Shown here: positions 17,922 to 25,971 of the stretch, piece after piece
How positions within the stretch are numbered: the stretch's first letter is position 1
Layout of the letters: each line of letters opens with the position of its first letter
From: Candidatus Sungiibacteriota bacterium
GTDB lineage: Bacteria > Patescibacteriota > Minisyncoccia > Sungbacterales > HO2-52-23
DNA length: 64,000 nt
Direction of reading: 5' to 3'
Assembly (NCBI GenBank): GCA_016432465.1
Contig: CP066690.1
Span: forward strand, 122,702-186,701
Program-made: the position numbers and the translations under genes
The notes under the pieces: model-generated
What the model saw: only the letters and a program-made list of their open reading frames with translations
Databases searched by the model: none
What the model was told of the DNA's origin: nothing

Positions 17922-18899
17922 CTATTCTAGATCATGCTGCACAATATTTTCACGATACCAGGCAAGGGTACGCTTTAACCCCTCATCCAGAAGAATCTGC
18001 GGGGTCCAACCAAAATTTCTTTCAGCCTTACTTGAATCCAGAACAGGTTTGGAAGGAATAGCCGACTTGAGGGCGCCAAACTCCACCCTAAGGGGTTTTT
18101 GCATCAAAACCATAACCTTCTCCAGAAGCGCGCGCAGGGAAAGAGGGCTACCCGATCCAATACTATAGATCTCAAAGGAACTGGATTGCTTACCCAAAAG
18201 TAATTCAATAAAACGTACAAGATCCGAAACATATAGGAGGTCTACTTCCTCGCTTCCATCGCCATCTACGTTGATCGTTCCCCCGTGTGGTGCCGACATG
18301 ACTTTAGTGATAGCGGTACCGACTGTGCGGGAACTTTCGAGGTTGAATCTGTCATGCGGACCATAAATACTGGCGGGTCGCACAATACTAAATCGTGTCC
18401 TACTACGCATTGAATAAAAGTCACAAAGACGCTCTGTATATAATTTTGTTAATGCTGCGCCAATGTCTTTTTTATCAATTCGTCCCTGACCCGTAATGCT
18501 TTCCCAATCCGGACGACCCAAACACAGAAAATAAACTGCTGGGCTGCTCAAAAAAATAAATTGTTTAACAGAGTTTCTAGCTGCCTCCTCAAGTAACAAC
18601 ATATTCATCACGATATTAGCGGTTGAATCAAAGTACGGCGGGATCGCCTGATCTTTGGCATCTGAAGTTGCGGCAGCTGCATGAATAACCACATCAAAGC
18701 CTACCTGCAATATCTTTGGTATAAGATCAAGATCCCGCAGATCAACCCGAAGAAGCTTGGGGTTTACGCTGAACTTTCGCGAAAAGTAGGTGCCATAAAC
18801 TTCAAGATCTGCTCGCTGGGAAAGAGCTTCAAACAAATTTCTCCCGATAAAACCCGAGGCGCCGGTGATAAGCACACTCTGCTTTTTTGCATGTGCCAT
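17922..18899 (-). CDS. NAD-dependent epimerase/dehydratase (paralog of 22161-23138)
   Basis: ITGASGFIG, HAAA, RPASIYGP, DLLYVSD; SD GGAGGT. Confidence 0.85.
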   Translation of the reverse strand: MAHAKKQSVLITGASGFIGRNLFEALSQRADLEVYGTYFSRKFSVNPKLLRVDLRDLDLIPKILQVGFDVVIHAAAATSDAKDQAIPPYFDSTANIVMNMLLLEEAARNSVKQFIFLSSPAVYFLCLGRPDWESITGQGRIDKKDIGAALTKLYTERLCDFYSMRSRTRFSIVRPASIYGPHDRFNLESSRTVGTAITKVMSAPHGGTINVDGDGSEEVDLLYVSDLVRFIELLLGKQSSSFEIYSIGSGSPLSLRALLEKVMVLMQKPLRVEFGALKSAIPSKPVLDSSKAERNFGWTPQILLDEGLKRTLAWYRENIVQHDLE

Positions 18900-18998
18900 A
18901 CCAATACCTCCTCCATTTTTTAGGCGCTGTCTATTATGTATCAGTTACTTTACAAATTGTCAATCAACCCGTTTTCAGCGCTTTTATCCACGCACCAA

Positions 18999-19028
18999 AA
19001 GACCACGGGCTTGCCCGTGGAGCTTCAT
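18999..19028. repeat. IS200/IS605-end-like hairpin (solo)
   Basis: AAGACCACGGGCTTGCCCGTGG, the same hairpin as both ends of the element at 63881-63997. Confidence 0.65.
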
Positions 19029-19043
19029 CTTTAAAAAGGAACT

Positions 19044-19083
19044 AGAACTTATGACTCGCGCCTAGGCGCGAGTCATAAGTTCT
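19044..19083. repeat. Perfect 40-bp loopless palindrome centred at the stop codon of the E1-beta gene
   Basis: AGAACTTATGACTCGCGCCT|AGGCGCGAGTCATAAGTTCT. Confidence 0.9.
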
Positions 19084-19967
19084 TTTACTTTTTTCATAAT
19101 GCGTTCCGGTGTGGGCGGCAGGTTATCAAGATGGGGCGCAAAACCCGCGGTGCGTTCCTCCAGACACAAAACATCAATCTTCTTTGAGCTTTGGCGCATA
19201 ATGTCAAAACCAATACACTTGGCCACGCCGTTTTCAAAATCGCCATCAATAATCAGCCCTCCATGGCGTGAACTCTCCAACGGCCCCAGAATCCGTTCGT
19301 CGGCAAGAAACGGCTTAAGCCAAAAGAGATGCACAATGTTTACTGCTATGCCCTCTTTAGCCAGTTCCTGCGCAGCCGCTATGGCATTAAGGCGGGTGGA
19401 AGAAATGGGGTAAAGTGTAACGTCGGCGTTGGGGTGCACCACGTCTTCCATTTCATAATCAATTTTAAAACTGGTGCGATGTTCGGATACATACATAGGA
19501 CTGTCATGCTCCATAAAAAAATCCCAAGCTTTTCGGTACTCTCCCGATGTCATAGGGGCTACAATAAATACTCCCGGCATACGCTCAAACATTCCATGAT
19601 GACTCCCGGAAGCCACAGGACCCATTCCTCCGTCCATACCAATAGAGCGGACAAAAAGAGGACAGGGAATTCCCCAAAGTTCTTTTGACTTGGCGGCATA
19701 ATTAGCTATGTGCGCAGCATTAAACCACTGAAATCCCTGATAGCGCACGATATATATGGGCCGTCGGCCTGCTAGAGCATAGCCAACCGCAATTCCGCCC
19801 CCAGACACATCGGCCATGGCAAGCTCTACGATGCCCTCTTCCACCGTCATTTCGGGTACTGTTCCGCCCACCCAGCCAACAGCCGTAAGACACTGCCCCA
19901 AAGCAACACCGTTGTTTTCTTTCAGGTGCTTACGCGTTATTTCCCTGATAGTTTCTGCTGAAGTCAT
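19062..19967 (-). CDS. TPP-dependent dehydrogenase E1 beta-like subunit
   Basis: GIAVGYALAGRRPI, GPVASGSH, IVAPMT, PMYVSEHR; paired with alpha subunit. Confidence 0.85.
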   Translation of the reverse strand: MTSAETIREITRKHLKENNGVALGQCLTAVGWVGGTVPEMTVEEGIVELAMADVSGGGIAVGYALAGRRPIYIVRYQGFQWFNAAHIANYAAKSKELWGIPCPLFVRSIGMDGGMGPVASGSHHGMFERMPGVFIVAPMTSGEYRKAWDFFMEHDSPMYVSEHRTSFKIDYEMEDVVHPNADVTLYPISSTRLNAIAAAQELAKEGIAVNIVHLFWLKPFLADERILGPLESSRHGGLIIDGDFENGVAKCIGFDIMRQSSKKIDVLCLEERTAGFAPHLDNLPPTPERIMKKVKELMTRA

Positions 19968-19975
19968 AAAATTAA

Positions 19976-20863
19976 TTATTTAAACTCTGGCTGCCAAATA
20001 AGAGCAACCTCTTCTTCTGTCTTTTTTTCAATATTTTCTGACTTTTCTTTCAAACCAATACGGGCCAATTCCTCTTTTACCATTTGAAACCGGTCCCACT
20101 CCGGAGGGCCGTCGCAGCCAGTACCGTTGTGCCAGAGATGGCGAACTACATGTATATTAAGCAGCGCCGGCAGATTTTGCTGCAACTCTGCCGTATGACG
20201 CATGATAAGCCACGGATCATCGGTGATTTCAACGGCGGACATTTTAAAGGCCTTGGCCAGATCTGTCGCGGTCCAGTGTCTTCGCACCTTAACTTCTGTT
20301 AGTACCGAAAGATTATTATCCAGACAAATAAAAAGTATGGGCGCTTTTTTAAAAGCCGCAAAGGCCGTGGCGGCCATAACATAATCCTCTTCCAGGGCAG
20401 CATCACCCATAATTGATAGAATCTTTTCTTTGCTGTCTTTTCCCAACGCATACCCTACCGCGATGGGAACCTGCGTGCCCAAAAGACCATCATGTCCCAC
20501 CATACCTATTTTAGGCGAATGAATTGATGCTGAACCACCCATACCGCCTGCACAACCCGTAGGACGGTGCAGAAGTTCATCACGCAAGGCCACGGGATCG
20601 CCGCCATAAGCAAGATAAACATCATGGCAACGATGCTGGCCGAAAATCTTGGGCTGCTGGTAAACCATAGAAAGCGCTGCTGCCACTGACTCCTGTCCCA
20701 CTGAAAGATAAATAGGCGCCTTGATCAACTTTTTATCAGACGCCTCTTTTACTTTCAGCTCAAAATAGCGGATAAAACAGATCCTTCTAAAAACCTCAAG
20801 ATTCTCGTCTTCGCTAAAACTTTCAGAAAGACGAGAGATTTGTCCAAAGTCTTGAGACCTCAT
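19976..20863 (-). CDS. TPP-dependent dehydrogenase E1 alpha-like subunit
   Basis: IRYFE, YLSVGQE, HRCH, GMGGSASIH, GDAA(x)n DNN TPP motif. Start likely ATG 20863. Confidence 0.88.
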   Translation of the reverse strand: MRSQDFGQISRLSESFSEDENLEVFRRICFIRYFELKVKEASDKKLIKAPIYLSVGQESVAAALSMVYQQPKIFGQHRCHDVYLAYGGDPVALRDELLHRPTGCAGGMGGSASIHSPKIGMVGHDGLLGTQVPIAVGYALGKDSKEKILSIMGDAALEEDYVMAATAFAAFKKAPILFICLDNNLSVLTEVKVRRHWTATDLAKAFKMSAVEITDDPWLIMRHTAELQQNLPALLNIHVVRHLWHNGTGCDGPPEWDRFQMVKEELARIGLKEKSENIEKKTEEEVALIWQPEFK

Positions 20864-20989
20864 AACACACATAATACAACGAAAAATACGGTTGTCTAGT
20901 TTTTTAACAAATCCTGCTCTTGACACAAATCTGTGATATGTTTTATGCTTATTGTAGACCCTTAGGGTAGACGCCATACGGGTGAGCTG

Positions 20990-21580
20990 ATGGATCTGGA
21001 ACTTTTAACGCCTCAAAAAGTAGGCGAGGCGACTGAACTGGTAAAAAGGGTTTTTGGGAAAACGCTTCTTAGCCAAAAATTTCGCAAGCCAACTACCGGA
21101 GAGATCTATGAATACGCGATGCATGACTATAAGTCGGGTAAGGTGCCTTCCTTGGTCTTTCCCCTAAACGTAAAACACGAAGTTGTTGCCCTTAGACAAT
21201 TCAGGCATGCTGCCAATCACTGGCTCTGGGAGTTCCCCGGAGGAAATCAGGTGACAGATGAATTGCCGGAAGAGGTGGCCAAACGAGAACTGCTGGAAGA
21301 AACCGGCTATGCCCCCACTCAACTAATCTTGCTAACCCCAAAACCCATTTGGTGCGAGCCGGCTGACTACGTTAATCCTTTTTATGCGTTTCTGGCCACA
21401 GACTGCAACCTTACCAGTAAACCACTGCTTGACCCCACAGAGTATCTGGAAGTTAAAACTTTTCCGCTATCCCAGTGGCTGGCCATGATCTGGGATGGAA
21501 AAATACGAGATTCCAAAACTATTGCAATCACTATGCTGGCACTTCCGCATCTTAATACAGAGGTCAGAAACTATAAATAA
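20990..21580 (+). CDS. NUDIX hydrolase (ADP-ribose/NDP-sugar pyrophosphatase-like)
   Basis: [20 protein letters not shown] Nudix box, DSKT. Confidence 0.92.
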   Translation: MDLELLTPQKVGEATELVKRVFGKTLLSQKFRKPTTGEIYEYAMHDYKSGKVPSLVFPLNVKHEVVALRQFRHAANHWLWEFPGGNQVTDELPEEVAKRELLEETGYAPTQLILLTPKPIWCEPADYVNPFYAFLATDCNLTSKPLLDPTEYLEVKTFPLSQWLAMIWDGKIRDSKTIAITMLALPHLNTEVRNYK

Positions 21581-21581
21581 C

Positions 21582-21619
21582 AACGGCCTCGACGTTACGT
21601 CGAGGCTGTTCTTTTTTTT
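21582..21619 (+). terminator. Intrinsic terminator
   Basis: AACGGCCTCGACGT-T-ACGTCGAGGCTGTT followed by T8. Confidence 0.8.
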
Positions 21620-21642
21620 ATTCCAGAAAAAATATGAAGCGA

Positions 21643-22161
21643 CTAGCCATGCGGCAGGGAACGTATTTTTTCAATTATATCCGAGGTGGACAGATCTCCG
21701 TGCCCGGGTATGAGGGAACGCTCCGATATCACAAGTTCTACACCGTGTTTTTGCGCTAACTCCCGTCTATAAGGAATATCCCAAGCATCGGTGTTGATGA
21801 CGTATTTATCGGGTTTTAAAAGCTCCATTACCGTGCCCAAAAAGGCAAGCGGGTAACCTTCCACAGGAACATCCAGAAAGCAAAAATCTACGACCCTTAG
21901 CGATCCAACCATTTTCAGTCGGGCCTGCTCATTTAAAATCGGCCTTCCTTCTCCTTTGTTTTTTCTAATTAAGGCATCATGGGCTACCTCGACCACCAGT
22001 ATATCGCCAAGTTTTTTACACTTCTCAAAAAAAGCAACGTGCGCCGCGTGAAGGAGGTCAAACGCTCCGGAAACAAAAACTATGACTTGGCCCCGGAACT
22101 TACTTCTTACCAGAGGCAAATCTCTATACTCTATGAAAGTCCCCAGATCCTTGACAGCCAT
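21643..22161 (-). CDS. HldE/RfaE domain II-like nucleotidyltransferase
   Basis: GAFDLLHAAH, KGEGRPI, STSDII. Confidence 0.85.
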   Translation of the reverse strand: MAVKDLGTFIEYRDLPLVRSKFRGQVIVFVSGAFDLLHAAHVAFFEKCKKLGDILVVEVAHDALIRKNKGEGRPILNEQARLKMVGSLRVVDFCFLDVPVEGYPLAFLGTVMELLKPDKYVINTDAWDIPYRRELAQKHGVELVISERSLIPGHGDLSTSDIIEKIRSLPHG

Positions 22162-23138
22162 TACCTCTTCCGCCTCTTTAAAATGTGGTCACGATACCAT
22201 TGGATTGTTTTTTGAAGACCTTCGTCTAATGAAATCTGCGGACTCCAGCCAAGCTTTTCACCTGCTTTAGAAATATCAAGCTTAAGTTTAGTCGGAATAG
22301 TTGGTCCAGCTGGATCAAAGTGAATTCTAACCATTCTGCCTGATAAACCAATAATCTTATCGGCAAGGGCCCGAACCGAAATTGTCTCACCCAGCCCAAC
22401 ATTAAAAATTTCATAAGCAGAACTCTGTTTGTCTATGGCCATTTCAAGAAAACGGGTCAGATCCGCAACATAAAGCAAGTCTCTTTCCTCACTGCCATCA
22501 CCGCCCAGAGTAAACACTCTACCTTCAGGCGTTTCCAGCGCGCGGGTAATGACTGTTGCGGTAACGTGCGCGCCCTCAGAGCCGAACTTGTCGTAAGGAC
22601 CGTAAATGTTGGAGTGTCTCACTACGGTAAATTTGTTTCTTCCGAGACGCGCAAAGAATTCGCACTGCTTCTCGGAAAAAATCTTCATCCAGGCTCCCCC
22701 AAAATATTTCTCATACGGACCTTGGTTCAGGTCCAGATCTTCTTCTTTAAGAATACGTCCCGTATTCATCTGATAAACCACAGCACAGCTAAGAAATACT
22801 ACGTGCGGTACACAATAGTCAAAGGCAGATCTTAACACCCAAGAATTCATAACCGCATTATCGGTCACATGAATTTCGGGACGGCTAACAATATCCTTAA
22901 CACCCGAAGTTATGGCTGCTGCCATAATAAGAACGTCATATTTCTCCCTAAGAAGCCGGGTTACGTCCTCCTGTCTGGTTAAATCCGCCGCAATCAGTCT
23001 GGGAGAAAGGGTTAAATCCCCGCGATCGGTAGCAAAAGTTCCGTACACATCAAGGTCGTCTCTTTGCGATAGCGCCTCAAAAAAATTTCTGCCTATAAAA
23101 CCAGAAGCGCCGCAAATAAGTACACGCCGTTTTTTCAT
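22161..23138 (-). CDS. NAD-dependent epimerase/dehydratase
   Basis: ICGASGFIG, AAITSG, RHSNIYGPYD, RDLLYVAD. Confidence 0.9.
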   Translation of the reverse strand: MKKRRVLICGASGFIGRNFFEALSQRDDLDVYGTFATDRGDLTLSPRLIAADLTRQEDVTRLLREKYDVLIMAAAITSGVKDIVSRPEIHVTDNAVMNSWVLRSAFDYCVPHVVFLSCAVVYQMNTGRILKEEDLDLNQGPYEKYFGGAWMKIFSEKQCEFFARLGRNKFTVVRHSNIYGPYDKFGSEGAHVTATVITRALETPEGRVFTLGGDGSEERDLLYVADLTRFLEMAIDKQSSAYEIFNVGLGETISVRALADKIIGLSGRMVRIHFDPAGPTIPTKLKLDISKAGEKLGWSPQISLDEGLQKTIQWYRDHILKRRKR

Positions 23139-23956
23139 ACGATGGACCTCACCGTGCCGCCATCAACATCAATACAGGTGCCGGTGATGAAGTTAGCGAC
23201 CGGAGATGCCAAAAAAACCACAAGATTGGCAACGTCCTCCAAGGTGCCGAGTCTGGACAGAGGGTTTTTCTTTTTATCTGTCTCCTCTGTTTTTCTTGCG
23301 GCCTCCTCCTCGCTTATACCCTCTCGTAGGGCGCGTTTCTTTACGTTGGTATCCCATCCTCCACCCCTCAAAGTGCTTGGACAGATAGCATTTACCAAGA
23401 TGTTGTACTGCCCCAGCTGATTGGCAAGGTGCTTGGAAAGATTCAACAAGGCGGCTTTAGCCGCAGAGTAATGCGGATTATAGCCACCCGGTTGACGAGC
23501 AGGCACCGAGGATATATTTATAATCCTTCCATTTCCTGATTTTTGGAGCCAAGGTAACGCCTCGCGTGAAAAATACACCGCACTCATAAAATTAAGCTCG
23601 TAGGCCCTGATCCAATCTCTGTCTTTCAAGTCACAAAATCCGCCAAAACTTTCTGCGCCGCCCACGTTATTAACCAGAACATCCAGAGATCCAATTGCTG
23701 ATATCAACCCCAAGGGCGAGAATAAGGCCATGGCTTCCTCTGACTTGGTAGCGTCTAGAACACACGTAAAAATTGTTTTAGAACAGCTGTTTTCAACGCC
23801 GCAAAGTTCCTCTCTAGCTTTCCTAAGCGACTCTGCATCACGCCCACAAATTACTACCCGTGCTCCTTCAGCCACAAAGGCGCGCGCAATAGCTTTCCCA
23901 ACACCCCGGCTTCCACCAGTAATCAATACCGTACGGTTTTTAAGATTAAGGTTCAT
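23135..23956 (-). CDS. Short-chain dehydrogenase/reductase
   Basis: TGGSRGVG, NNVG, YSAAK, VDGG. Confidence 0.93.
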   Translation of the reverse strand: MNLNLKNRTVLITGGSRGVGKAIARAFVAEGARVVICGRDAESLRKAREELCGVENSCSKTIFTCVLDATKSEEAMALFSPLGLISAIGSLDVLVNNVGGAESFGGFCDLKDRDWIRAYELNFMSAVYFSREALPWLQKSGNGRIINISSVPARQPGGYNPHYSAAKAALLNLSKHLANQLGQYNILVNAICPSTLRGGGWDTNVKKRALREGISEEEAARKTEETDKKKNPLSRLGTLEDVANLVVFLASPVANFITGTCIDVDGGTVRSIV

Positions 23957-24022
23957 ATCATTCCCTCGTTAAGGTGCTTATATACTAATAAAACATCCTG
24001 TGACAAAAATCAAGTCACGCCC

Positions 24023-24051
24023 TTGACAGGAAAACCGAGTAAGGATAATAT
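24023..24051 (+). promoter_or_regulatory. Sigma70-like promoter for the NUDIX gene
   Basis: TTGACA-N17-TAATAT; SD GGGGGT before ATG 24098. Confidence 0.6.
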
Positions 24052-24097
24052 AAATTGTCCGTACTTTGTCATTACAACACAACGACGGGGGTAACCA

Positions 24098-24667
24098 ATG
24101 CTCCACAGGCCCGTACCAATCGGTGAATTAATTTATCTAGTGGATCCGGTCTTTGGTAAAACTCTTGCCAAGCAAAGATTTCGTCACCCTACTACCGGCG
24201 AAGAATACGACTACATCTTTCTTCACGGAACAGCTCGTTGGTCCTCCATGGTAATGCCCATAACCGAAGATGGAAAAGTTGTCATAGTCTATCAATTCCG
24301 TCATGGCGCCAACGACTATATTTATGAATTCCCCGGAGGTAACGCGGATGGTGCAGAGTCTCCAATAGAGGTGGCCGCAAGAGAACTAACGGAAGAGACC
24401 GGATTTGTGGCTAAGAAAGTTTTGCCGCTGGTGCCAGAAAACATATTCATTGAACCGGTCAGCAGTATGGGAAGACTTTATGTGTATTTAGCGGTTGGCT
24501 GTCAAAAAGTAAAAGAGCCGACCCTTGATCCTTACGAATTTTTAGAAATCCAATGTTTCCCTCTGGAAAAGTGGTTTCAAATGATTCGGCAGGGAACGAT
24601 CGTAGACATGAAAACCGTTGCTATAACCCATCTGGCAGAACCCCTGCTTAAAGAAGTTGGATACTAG
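24098..24667 (+). CDS. NUDIX hydrolase (paralog of 20990-21580)
   Basis: VFGKTL..Q.FR.PTTGE shared with the paralog; EFPGG..AARELTEETGF. Confidence 0.92.
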   Translation: MLHRPVPIGELIYLVDPVFGKTLAKQRFRHPTTGEEYDYIFLHGTARWSSMVMPITEDGKVVIVYQFRHGANDYIYEFPGGNADGAESPIEVAARELTEETGFVAKKVLPLVPENIFIEPVSSMGRLYVYLAVGCQKVKEPTLDPYEFLEIQCFPLEKWFQMIRQGTIVDMKTVAITHLAEPLLKEVGY

Positions 24668-24722
24668 ATAAATCCGCAGCTGACTACTGCGGTTATTAAT
24701 TTGTTTGGTTCTTTGCTCCGAA

Positions 24723-25262
24723 CTAAATTTCACTAAGCTCTGGCGGCGCCAACCTCCACTTAATAAGAAAAAGTACGCCCAGCAAGCCAACCGGTTGAGG
24801 GTCTGTCTTCGTAAACATATCTATAAACTCACTTGGGGTAGCGGTTAAAACCTCTATGCCCTCCTCGGCTTGGACGCTACCTTTGTTTTTTTTTGCATTG
24901 CGGCCAAAAAAAACATGTATGTTGTCATTGATCCTATCGGCCGCCCCCAAAGCATTACCGACAAACTGCAGGTTAGAACAGACATAACCGGTTTCTTCTA
25001 AAAGTTCTCTCTGGGCGGCCTCCAGCGGAGATTCGCCCTGCTTTATTCCGCCTGCCGGTAATTCCAAAACAATCCTGTTGACTACCGGCCTAAACTGCCG
25101 TACCAAAACCATCTTCCCCTCTTCTGTAAAAACAGCCAGCACCACGCTTTGGGGAACATTAAGACGATAAATCGGTTTGCCGCATAAGGCAGGGAGATTT
25201 GGATATTCCTCGCTCTCTATATCAAACCAGTCAGTATGCAAAACAACTATTTTATTGGGCAT
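24723..25262 (-). CDS. NUDIX hydrolase
   Basis: [22 protein letters not shown]. Confidence 0.92.
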   Translation of the reverse strand: MPNKIVVLHTDWFDIESEEYPNLPALCGKPIYRLNVPQSVVLAVFTEEGKMVLVRQFRPVVNRIVLELPAGGIKQGESPLEAAQRELLEETGYVCSNLQFVGNALGAADRINDNIHVFFGRNAKKNKGSVQAEEGIEVLTATPSEFIDMFTKTDPQPVGLLGVLFLIKWRLAPPELSEI

Positions 25263-25286
25263 AATGTATTTATCTTCCGGGCGTAT

Positions 25287-25781
25287 TTAAATCGCCCTTA
25301 TCTTTTCAATAAGTTTTGTCGTTGACACTTGATCAAATTTTTTAGGGCAGCGTCTTTTAAGAACAGCAAACTTTATCCCTAATTTTTGGATAAGGTGCCT
25401 ACGGGTAGGTATATCAAAAGCGTCTTCGTTGACTACGTAGACATCGGGTTTAAGCCTGCGAAACATTTCCTCCATAAAACCAAGCGGCCGTCCCTTGGGG
25501 GCGGAAGACACAAGACAATAATCAACGGGTTTCAGGGAGTTTATCATTTTTGCCCGCATGTGGTGATTGAAGATGGGACGCTTTTCACCCTTGATGTCGC
25601 GTATGGAGACATCATCCCCGACGGCCACCACCAAAATATCTCCTTGCTTTTTGCAGTCTTCCAAAAATAAAACATGGCCGGGATGGGTCAAATCAAAAGT
25701 GCCGGAGCAAAAAACAATGGTTTTATGACGATGCTTACGTCTAACTTCGGCTAATTTATTTATGCTGATTAGTGACGCCAT
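25287..25781 (-). CDS. HldE/RfaE domain II-like nucleotidyltransferase
   Basis: GTFDLTHPGH (HxGH), KGEKRPI, STTKLI. Confidence 0.88.
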   Translation of the reverse strand: MASLISINKLAEVRRKHRHKTIVFCSGTFDLTHPGHVLFLEDCKKQGDILVVAVGDDVSIRDIKGEKRPIFNHHMRAKMINSLKPVDYCLVSSAPKGRPLGFMEEMFRRLKPDVYVVNEDAFDIPTRRHLIQKLGIKFAVLKRRCPKKFDQVSTTKLIEKIRAI

Positions 25782-25803
25782 TTTGGTAAAAATCCTATTA
25801 TCT

Positions 25804-25968
25804 CTGGCAGAATACCTCGCGGCTTTGCCGCGAGGATGAATGCCAGCCCGGAGTCCCGGCTTGCCGGGACGGAGGAGATAACCCCGACGGTGTCGTCCGA
25901 TTTCAGGACGCGTATTCCATCAGGAATACCGCGCAGCTTGGGAAGTCAGACTTCCCTTGCTGCGCGGT
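25804..25968. mobile_element. Non-autonomous IS200/IS605-like palindromic element (two end hairpins, no transposase)
   Basis: Left hairpin CCTCGCGGC-TTT-GCCGCGAGG followed by ATGAATG; right hairpin ACCGCGCAGC..GCTGCGCGGT containing the 15-bp GGAAGTCAGACTTCC insert. Confidence 0.75.
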
Positions 25969-25971
25969 CGG

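Noticed and set aside
18865-19065. 66-aa plus-strand ORF ending ELMTRA
   Set aside because: By-product of the palindrome, not a gene
19062-20863. Calling the pair pdhA/pdhB of central metabolism
   Set aside because: No E2/E3 nearby, divergent sequence and sugar-pathway context
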